From: Candidatus Latescibacterota bacterium
GTDB taxonomy: Bacteria; Latescibacterota; UBA2968; GCA-2709665
NCBI GenBank assembly: GCA_965116875.1
Contig: OZ220733.1
Span: forward strand, 4,288,001-4,352,000
Reading direction: 5' to 3'
Length of the DNA: 64,000 nt
Shown: in pieces, positions 57,471-64,000 of the stretch
Layout of the letters: each line of letters begins with the position of its first letter
Position numbering within the stretch: the first letter of the stretch is position 1
Position numbers and translations under genes: made by a program
The notes under the pieces: generated by a model
Told to the model about the DNA's origin: nothing
Database searches by the model: none
What the model saw: only the letters and a program-made list of their open reading frames with translations

Positions 57471-58628
57471 ATGTCCAAGCGTGACTATTATGACGTTCTT
57501 GGCGTGCAGCGCGACGCGACCGAGGGCGACATCAAGAAAGCCTATCGCAAGCAGGCGATGAAGTATCATCCGGACCGGAACGCGGGCGATGAAGAGGCCG
57601 CGGCCAGTTTCAAGGAGGCCGCGGAAGCGTACGAAGTCCTGGGCGACGCCCGGAAACGCCAGGTTTACGACCAGTACGGGCACGCGGGCCTGGGCGGTCC
57701 GTTCCAGGGCGGCGGCTTTCAGTGGTCCGACTTTACCCACGCAACCGATTTTGAAGACATCTTCTCCAACCTGGACGACGTGTTCGGCGGCGGGATTCTG
57801 GGCGATCTGTTCGGCCGCCGCGGGGGCCGGCGCGGTCCACAGCGCGGGGAAGACCTCCGCATACCGGTCCGCCTGACCCTCGAGGAAATCGCGTCTGGCG
57901 CCCGGAAGAGGATCCGGTTTGCCCGCATGGACAGGTGCGACACGTGCGCCGGAAGCGGGGCCCGTTCCGGGGCCGCGGCCAGGACCTGCAGCGTCTGCAA
58001 CGGGATGGGGCAGGTGCGTCAGGCCACGAGGTCTCTGTTCGGGCAATTCGTAAACGTCACCGCGTGCCCCCAATGTAACGGCGAAGGCAAGGTGATCGGC
58101 GACCGCTGTTCCGACTGCGGCGGCGAAGGACGGGCGAAGAAGACCGTCAGTCTGTCCGTCAATATCCCTGCGGGCGTGACCGACGGCAACTACATCCCGT
58201 TACGGGGGCAGGGGAGCGTCGGGCCCAGGGACGGGACCGCGGGCGACTGTATGGTGGTGATCGAAGAAGCGGAGCATGAGCATTTCGAGCGGCACGGCAA
58301 CGACATTCTCTATGAATTGCCCATAAGCTTCAGCCAGGCCGCGCTCGGCGCGGAGGTCACCGTGCCCACACTGAACAGCAGGGCCGAGATGAAGATCCCG
58401 GAAGGGACCCAGTCCGGGCAGGTTTTTCGCCTGAAGGGCAAGGGGATACCGGAACTGAACGGATATGGTACAGGAGACCAGCTGGTCCGCGTGATGGTCT
58501 GGACGCCCGCTCGTCTGAACGAGGAAGAGAAGACGCTGTTCAGGCAGCTTGCCGAACTCGAAAGCATCCAGCCTCCCGAAGGCGGAAAGGGCCTGTTCGA
58601 ACGCATGAAGGAGGCGTTCGGCGCGTAA
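57471..58628 (+). CDS. dnaJ: Chaperone DnaJ
   Basis: J domain with HPD; G/F-rich region; four CxxCxGxG repeats. Confidence 0.97.
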   Translation: MSKRDYYDVLGVQRDATEGDIKKAYRKQAMKYHPDRNAGDEEAAASFKEAAEAYEVLGDARKRQVYDQYGHAGLGGPFQGGGFQWSDFTHATDFEDIFSNLDDVFGGGILGDLFGRRGGRRGPQRGEDLRIPVRLTLEEIASGARKRIRFARMDRCDTCAGSGARSGAAARTCSVCNGMGQVRQATRSLFGQFVNVTACPQCNGEGKVIGDRCSDCGGEGRAKKTVSLSVNIPAGVTDGNYIPLRGQGSVGPRDGTAGDCMVVIEEAEHEHFERHGNDILYELPISFSQAALGAEVTVPTLNSRAEMKIPEGTQSGQVFRLKGKGIPELNGYGTGDQLVRVMVWTPARLNEEEKTLFRQLAELESIQPPEGGKGLFERMKEAFGA

Positions 58629-58693
58629 CGTCCGTTATCGGCAAATTCGTATCCAACGCCGAAGAACACGGTGTGCGATCGCTGCATCGCGCG

Positions 58694-58882
58694 TTTCGCT
58701 TCTTTCGCAGTTTCGTATTCTCGTTTCTTCGTATTTTCGTCTTCTCGCAGTTTCGTCTATTCGCATTCTCGTAGTTTCGCTTATTCGTAATCTCGTATTC
58801 TCGCAGTTTCGTCTTTTTGTAGATTCGCCTTTTCGTAGTCTCGTATTCTCGTTCATTCGTTTCTACACAGTCTCGTAGTTTC
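58694..58882 (-). repeat. Octamer tandem tract (RCGANNNN, about 23 units)
   Basis: Minus strand: ACGAGAAT ACGAGACT ACGAAAAG GCGAATCT ... ACGAAACT GCGAGAAT ACGAGATT ACGAATAA GCGAAACT, in strict 8-nt phase. Confidence 0.9.
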
Positions 58883-60319
58883 TCATGCCAGCCTTGGGAA
58901 AAGGGGCTGGCTTTTTTGTATCCGCGATTTTGAGAAACCGGTCTCAATTCTACACGCTGTACCAGGAAGAAAGGGTCTCAAACCACGCGATATACCCAGA
59001 ACGGAACCGATCCAGGCCGAGAGGTGTTCATTCAACCTTTCGGACTTCTGCTTTTTCAGGAGTTCCCACGGTCGTGCCGCGTCGATTTCGCGGTTCAGCT
59101 TTCCGATGCGGACCCAGATGGCCCGGAGTGCGCCGGCGAAGTCGAACCTGTCCAGCGCGGCGCTTACGTCGGGCGGAATCCGGGTGTCGCGCGTCTCCAC
59201 CGGACCGTGACCGGACCTCTCGCAGAGCGATTCCAGCCGGCGTACCAGGTTGCCCAGGCCATTCGCCAGTTCCGTATTGTAGAGGTCCCGGAGCCGGGCT
59301 TCCGATACGTCTCCGTCCTCCCCGGAGCGTACGGCGCGGAGCAGGTAGTACCGGAGGGCGTCCGAGCCGTATTGCCGGATCAGAGGGAAAGGATCCACGG
59401 CGTTTCCATGGGACTTGCCGATCTTGCGACCCTCGACGGTCAGGTGTCCGTGGACGAAGAGGGTCCCTGGCAGCGGCAGGCCGGCCGAGAGCAACAGGGC
59501 CGGCCAGTAGATCGCGTGGAATTTGAGGATGTCTTTTCCGATCACGTGGATCCTGTCGGGGCAGTTCTTCCAGAAGCGTTCGAAACTGGCTGCGTTCGAT
59601 CCATAGCCCGGTCCGGAAAGATAGTTGGTCAGGGCGTCGAACCACACGTACATCACCTGCGTCGCATCTCCCGGAACGGGCACGCCCCAGCCTCCCGATC
59701 GCTCCCGATTGCGTGAAATGCTGAAATCCCGCAGTCCCCGGCGGATGAATCCAAGCGCTTCGTTTCGCCGGGTCTCAGGCAGAATGCGCAACTTTCCGGA
59801 CGCGATCAGGGTCTCAAGCACCTTCTGATAGGCGGACAGGCGGAAGAAATAGTTCGTTTCCTCGACGGGCTCGAGCTCGACGCCGTGTACGGGGCACCGT
59901 CCGTCCGTCAGGTCCCGTTTCAGATAGAAGTCCTCGCAGCCCACGCAATACAGACCCCGGTATTGTTTGAGTACGATATCCTCCTTGCGGCAGGCAAGCC
60001 AGAACCGGGAGGCCCCGCGGAAGTGCACATCGCAGGTGGAGCGAATAAAGCGACTGTGAGAGATATCGAGGGCGCCGGCGAGTTCCTGGAAGACCGCTGC
60101 GTTCCGGTCGCATAGCTGCCGGGGCGTCAGGCCTTCATTCGCGGCGGCCTGTACGTTCTTGAATGCGTTCTCGTCTGTACCTGTAAGCAGGAACGCGTCG
60201 TCGCCCTGCAGCCGGCGCCAGCGGGCGATCACGTCGGCCTGAACGAGTTCCAGCGCGAAACCCACGTGCGGCCGCGCGTTGACGTAGGGAATGGACGTCG
60301 ATACATAGCAGGACTTCAT
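58883..60319 (-). CDS. metG: Methionine--tRNA ligase, short form with variant signature motifs
   Basis: IPYVN..PHVGF, TGTDE, Y.GLYCVGCE, CP.H, YVWFDAL.NY, IGKDI..FHAIYWPA, KIGKS.GN, N.ELAN.LGNL. Confidence 0.92.
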   Translation of the reverse strand: MKSCYVSTSIPYVNARPHVGFALELVQADVIARWRRLQGDDAFLLTGTDENAFKNVQAAANEGLTPRQLCDRNAAVFQELAGALDISHSRFIRSTCDVHFRGASRFWLACRKEDIVLKQYRGLYCVGCEDFYLKRDLTDGRCPVHGVELEPVEETNYFFRLSAYQKVLETLIASGKLRILPETRRNEALGFIRRGLRDFSISRNRERSGGWGVPVPGDATQVMYVWFDALTNYLSGPGYGSNAASFERFWKNCPDRIHVIGKDILKFHAIYWPALLLSAGLPLPGTLFVHGHLTVEGRKIGKSHGNAVDPFPLIRQYGSDALRYYLLRAVRSGEDGDVSEARLRDLYNTELANGLGNLVRRLESLCERSGHGPVETRDTRIPPDVSAALDRFDFAGALRAIWVRIGKLNREIDAARPWELLKKQKSERLNEHLSAWIGSVLGISRGLRPFLPGTACRIETGFSKSRIQKSQPLFPRLA

Positions 60320-60336
60320 AGCGAATCCTTTCCGAT

Positions 60337-60377
60337 AAAAAAAGAAAAACCCACCGCCGATCCGCCGGCGGTGGGTT
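60337..60377 (-). terminator. Intrinsic terminator (attenuator) in the metG leader
   Basis: Perfect 12-bp stem AACCCACCGCCG/CGGCGGTGGGTT followed by TTTCTTTTTTT, just upstream of the metG RBS. Confidence 0.85.
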
Positions 60378-60406
60378 GGTCGATTCCGATACCAATGTCA
60401 TTCAGT

Positions 60407-60568
60407 TCAAGTCATGGGATGCTCCGCCGCGGGACGTCCGATAGAAATAGAGGACATCATGCACATCGAACTCGCAGCGACACGGGTCCACGCAATGCCG
60501 TGCGGACCGGATGAAGGTCGTTCCGAAACACCCGACCTGATGACTGAAAACTGAACGGATTTCATCAT
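60407..60568 (-). CDS. Putative metG leader peptide (53 aa, Met cluster)
   Basis: MMKSVQFSVIRSGVSERPSSGPHGIAWTRVAASSMCMMSSISIGRPAAEHPMT*; GGGAG RBS; stop about 30 nt before the terminator. Confidence 0.6.
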   Translation of the reverse strand: MMKSVQFSVIRSGVSERPSSGPHGIAWTRVAASSMCMMSSISIGRPAAEHPMT

Positions 60569-60593
60569 AAGCTCCCGTTATTGTGCGGGCGTA

Positions 60594-60622
60594 AAGATAG
60601 ATGGCACGCCTTGAATTGTCAA
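60594..60622 (-). promoter_or_regulatory. Candidate sigma70 promoter for leader-metG
   Basis: Minus strand TTGACA-N17-TATCTT. Confidence 0.6.
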
Positions 60623-60779
60623 GCGCGGAATTTTCATCTAACTCTTGTCCTTTTCGCGGGATGGGCTTACATTGTCGAAGACGGCAAGATCGGAGATTCA
60701 CTCGCCTGTTGACCCGGTATACGCTATTGCCGGGCGCAGCGTGACTTTCGCTTACATCGCGGGAAACAGGGATTCGGAT

Positions 60780-61829
60780 TTGCTATTCTGGCTGGGAGAG
60801 CGTTTCGCTGACATTTACGGGCCGCTTCGGCTGTTGACGTCCTATCTGTTTCTGGCCGTCGTCGGCACGGCGCTGGCCGGGTTCTTCACCTGGCGCCTGC
60901 TACCCAGGTTGTGGATGCGGCTGCCCAAAGACCGCGGCCGGAAGTACGCCGTGGAGAACGAGCAGAGCCACGGCAAACCGGTGGGCGCGGGCATCATCTT
61001 CATACCGATCTACGTCGCCGTATGCATCCTTGTCCTCCCGCCGGGTTCCCAATACTGGCAGGTCCTCGGATGCGTCCTTCTCGCGATGGTGGCCGGCTTT
61101 CTGGACGATCGGAGTCCGGGGGGATGGGGAGAGTATCGCGTAGGCGCCATCGACCTGGGCATTTCGTTACTGGGCGCCATGGTCATCTGCCAGTTGGAAC
61201 CGGTTCAACTCTGGCTGCCGCTGATGAAGACGCCGGTATCGGTTCCGCCCTGGATTTTCGTACCCGGCGCCGCGCTGTTGATCTGGGTTTCAATCAACGC
61301 CACCAACTGTACCGACGGCGTGGACGGATTGTCGGGCAGTCTGAGCGTGATGGCCTTTGTCTACCTGGCCACGATTCTGTACGGGATCGTGGGACACCGC
61401 GACATCGCCAGGTACCTGCTGGTGCCGCATTACCCGGATGGCGCGGTCTGGGCGCTGTTTGCATTTATCATGGCCGGATGTCTGGCCGGCTACCTCTGGT
61501 ACAACGCGTATCCCAGTTCGGTGCTGATGGGAGACGCGGGCTCCCGGCCGATGGGCTTCCTGCTCGGCGTATTGGTTCTGGCGTGCGGCAATCCGTTTCT
61601 GATCGTGGTCGTCGCCGGCGTGGTACTCGTAAACGGCGCCACGGGGCTCCTGAAAGTTGCGTTTCTGCGGTTTTTGAATATCGGAATATTCAGGACGGTT
61701 CGTTATCCGCTGCACGATCACGTCCGGCACAAGAACGGCTGGTCGAATACCCATGTACTGGTGCGATTCATTCTGCTTCAGGCGTTCGTTACGCCAATCC
61801 TGCTGGTACTGCTGGTCAAGATCCGTTGA
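60780..61829 (+). CDS. mraY: Phospho-N-acetylmuramoyl-pentapeptide transferase, stand-alone
   Basis: GKP.GAG, GFLDD, INATN.TDGVDGL, YLWYNAYPS.VLMGDAGS, PLHDH; about 10 TMs; TTG start. Confidence 0.85.
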   Translation: MLFWLGERFADIYGPLRLLTSYLFLAVVGTALAGFFTWRLLPRLWMRLPKDRGRKYAVENEQSHGKPVGAGIIFIPIYVAVCILVLPPGSQYWQVLGCVLLAMVAGFLDDRSPGGWGEYRVGAIDLGISLLGAMVICQLEPVQLWLPLMKTPVSVPPWIFVPGAALLIWVSINATNCTDGVDGLSGSLSVMAFVYLATILYGIVGHRDIARYLLVPHYPDGAVWALFAFIMAGCLAGYLWYNAYPSSVLMGDAGSRPMGFLLGVLVLACGNPFLIVVVAGVVLVNGATGLLKVAFLRFLNIGIFRTVRYPLHDHVRHKNGWSNTHVLVRFILLQAFVTPILLVLLVKIR

Positions 61830-61840
61830 GTGACCCCTAA

Positions 61841-62001
61841 TGTCCTGTCCCAAAAATTCCTCACCATTCGGCCGCCGATTCATCCCGTCTCGCTACGTTC
61901 CCCTCGCTCGCCGACCATACCCAGGTCGCCTGCGCTCCGGCGCCTTGCGAGACGGGCGACTCAGCGGCCAAATTTAGGCAACTTATTTCCGGGACAGAAC
62001 A
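61841..62001. mobile_element. MITE family D
   Basis: TIRs TGTCCTGTCCCAAAAAT / ATTTCCGGGACAGAACA, flanked by CTAA on both sides; internal 10-bp stem CCCGTCTCGC/GCGAGACGGG. Confidence 0.75.
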
Positions 62002-62005
62002 CTAA

Positions 62006-62167
62006 GAAGCTGTCTTAAAATACCCAGCGGTCTTCGCGCGGCTGCAAAAGCGTCGGTCGGCGTTGGTCAAACCCACCCGTATAGACAAATATGGGCGGGT
62101 TTTCCCGCCTTGACCGCCACTTTTTCGCTCGCGCTCGGGAACTCACCGGGAATTTTAAAACAGCTTC
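62006..62167. mobile_element. MITE family B, inverted relative to 55545
   Basis: Same TIRs and body; differs in the apical hairpin. Confidence 0.85.
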
Positions 62168-62179
62168 TAAGAGGAGTGT

Positions 62180-63526
62180 ATGGACGGGAAAGAGGCGTTG
62201 AAGCGAAGGATCTGCGAAGCCATCGACCGCCGCCGCGGACAGATCGAGCGGATCGGGGAGCACATCATGGCCCACCCCGAGACCGGATTCAAGGAATTCG
62301 AGACTGCCAGGCTGGCAGTGAATACCATGGAAGAGTTCGGGATTTCACCGGAAACCGGGCTGGGAATCACGGGCGTAAAGGGGATCCTCCGCGGAGCGAA
62401 GCCCGGTCCGACGGTGGCCCTGATCGGCGAGCTGGACTCGCTCGTGGTACCGGACCATCCCATGGCGGACCCCGATACCGGCGCCGCCCACGCGTGCGGC
62501 CACAACGCCCAGATGGCCGGGCTGCTGGGCGCGATGATGGGGATGGTGGACACCGGCGCGGCCGAGTCCCTGGCCGGAAACGTCGTGTTCTTTGCTGTGC
62601 CGGCGGAAGAGTACATCGAGGTGGAATACCGGATGGGACTGGTCAGGGAAGGAAAACTGGAGTTTCTGGGCGGAAAACCGGAACTCGTGCGGCTCGGGCA
62701 ATTCGACGACGTCGACATGGCGGCGATGATCCACACACACAGCGATCCCAACATGAAGAAAGCCGCGATCTCCGAGTCGTGCAACGGATGCCTGGTGAAG
62801 ATGATCCACTTCATCGGCAAGGCCGCGCACGCCGGGGGCGCACCGCACCGGGGAATCAATGCGTTGAACGCCGCCCAGATTGCATTGGCGGCCATTCACG
62901 CGCAGCGGGAGACGTTTCGAGACAATGACGCGATCCGCGTTCATCCGATTATCACGAAGGGCGGCGATATCGTAAACGTGGTACCGGCGGAAGTCAGGAT
63001 GGAGACCTACGTCAGGGGAAAGACGAACGAAGCCATGCTGGACGCCAACGAAAAGGTCGACCGTGCGATCCGCGCCGGGGCCATGGCGGTGGGGGCGCGC
63101 GTGGAGATCGAAACGCTTCCGGGTTACCTGCCGCTTCGGAACGATCCGGCACTCAGCGCGGTTTTCGAAGCGAATTCAAGGACGTTGTTCGGGGAGGACG
63201 AAGTCTGTGAGGTCTCGCACCGGACGGGATCCACCGATATGGGCGACCTGTCCCACATCATGCCGGCGATCCATCCGTACATGGCCGGAGCGGACGGCGT
63301 GGGTCACAGCGCGGATTGGCACATTTCGGACATGGAAACGGGGTATCTGGCGCCCGCGAAATCGCTGGCGATGCTGGCGGTGGACCTGCTTCACGGCGAG
63401 GGCGAGACTGCGGCGGGTCTGCTCAGGGATTACAAACCGGCAATGACGAAGGACGAATACCTGGCGTTTCAGCGGGCGCTGTTCAAGACGGAGATCTACG
63501 ACGGTGCGGGCGCGGGTCGCGGATAG
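62180..63526 (+). CDS. M20D-type amidohydrolase
   Basis: HPE.GF.E, ELD, HACGHNAQ, PAEE, G.AAHA...PH.GINAL, GSTD.G. Confidence 0.9.
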   Translation: MDGKEALKRRICEAIDRRRGQIERIGEHIMAHPETGFKEFETARLAVNTMEEFGISPETGLGITGVKGILRGAKPGPTVALIGELDSLVVPDHPMADPDTGAAHACGHNAQMAGLLGAMMGMVDTGAAESLAGNVVFFAVPAEEYIEVEYRMGLVREGKLEFLGGKPELVRLGQFDDVDMAAMIHTHSDPNMKKAAISESCNGCLVKMIHFIGKAAHAGGAPHRGINALNAAQIALAAIHAQRETFRDNDAIRVHPIITKGGDIVNVVPAEVRMETYVRGKTNEAMLDANEKVDRAIRAGAMAVGARVEIETLPGYLPLRNDPALSAVFEANSRTLFGEDEVCEVSHRTGSTDMGDLSHIMPAIHPYMAGADGVGHSADWHISDMETGYLAPAKSLAMLAVDLLHGEGETAAGLLRDYKPAMTKDEYLAFQRALFKTEIYDGAGAGRG

Positions 63527-63587
63527 CGCGTCCGAAACCGTAAACAGGCGGCGACGAGCCTGAGAATACCGCGCTGCCGTGCGAATT

Positions 63588-63612
63588 GTAGGGGCGTCCC
63601 TTGTGGGCGCCC
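63588..63612 (+). repeat. GTAG-type REP palindrome
   Basis: GTAG-GGGCGTCCC-TTGT-GGGCGCCC-like hairpin. Confidence 0.65.
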
Positions 63613-63650
63613 GTTTTAGTACTGAAGAGGCATGGATCTGGTTAAGGAGA

Positions 63651-64000
63651 ATGAAGATGTCAAATCCGAATGAAGATAACATGGGCTGGAACGCCGTCAG
63701 CAGTACGGGCGCGGTTGCCGCGGGCGGCGCGGGGGCCGTGGCGGCCGGGATCCGGATCCTGGAGCGCGGCGGGAATGCCGCGGACGCGGCGGCGGGGACC
63801 ATCCTCGCGCTGAACGTGACCGACCACGGCGCGTGCTCGATCGGCGGCGAGGTGCCGGTGATCCTCTACGATGCGGGCAGGAATGAAGTGAAAACGCTTT
63901 CCGGGCAGGGCCGGGCGCCGCTCTCGCGGAAAGCGATCGACTGGTACATGGCAAACGGCATTCCCGACAGGGACATCAAGATGGCCCCGGTCCCTTCGGT
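63651..64000 (+). CDS. Gamma-glutamyltransferase family protein (runs off window)
   Basis: Hand translation: GAVAAG...AG..ILERGGNAADAA......L.V....CSIGG; AAGGAG RBS. Confidence 0.85.
   Translation, partial: MKMSNPNEDNMGWNAVSSTGAVAAGGAGAVAAGIRILERGGNAADAAAGTILALNVTDHGACSIGGEVPVILYDAGRNEVKTLSGQGRAPLSRKAIDWYMANGIPDRDIKMAPVPS

Noticed and set aside
58694-58882. Octamer tracts as a CRISPR array or as coding sequence (ORFs 58540..58947, 58635..58856, 29765..29992)
   Set aside because: The period is 8 nt with no repeat-spacer structure and no cas genes; the ORFs are low-complexity by-products.
60337-60590. T-box or SAM riboswitch upstream of metG
   Set aside because: No T-box GGTGGNACCGCG before the terminator and no SAM-I core seen; a leader-peptide model fits better, though an Rfam scan is needed.

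Overview
A high-GC (roughly 60-65%) bacterial chromosome segment. Gene content suggests an FCB-group organism such as Latescibacterota or a Poribacteria-like sponge symbiont (inference): several PhyH dioxygenases and Gfo/Idh/MocA oxidoreductases, a PhyH-HEAT fusion, an NHL/large-OMP/BamA-like operon, and hrcA-grpE-dnaJ without dnaK. Housekeeping genes are dapL, nadB, guaA, glnA, hrcA, grpE, dnaJ, a short metG and a stand-alone mraY. Main observations: (1) A ~4.5 kb defence-like islet (731-5204) is bracketed by a diverged duplication of the last 31 codons of the neighbouring oxidoreductase gene. It carries a restriction-nuclease fragment ending in an antitoxin-like tail, a decayed PIN toxin, and an intact RecQ-PRTase + DprA pair with ShosTA-like logic. 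(2) An apparent Met-codon leader-peptide attenuator lies upstream of an atypical metG (HVGF/KIGKS), which is divergent from an orphan mraY. (3) Three MITE families with unrelated terminal repeats share one internal structured core (CAAGGCG...AACG). (4) There are strand-biased octamer tandem tracts and a heptamer-built inverted repeat. No rRNA, tRNA, CRISPR array, integrase or transposase was recognised. All calls are by eye; no database searches were run.
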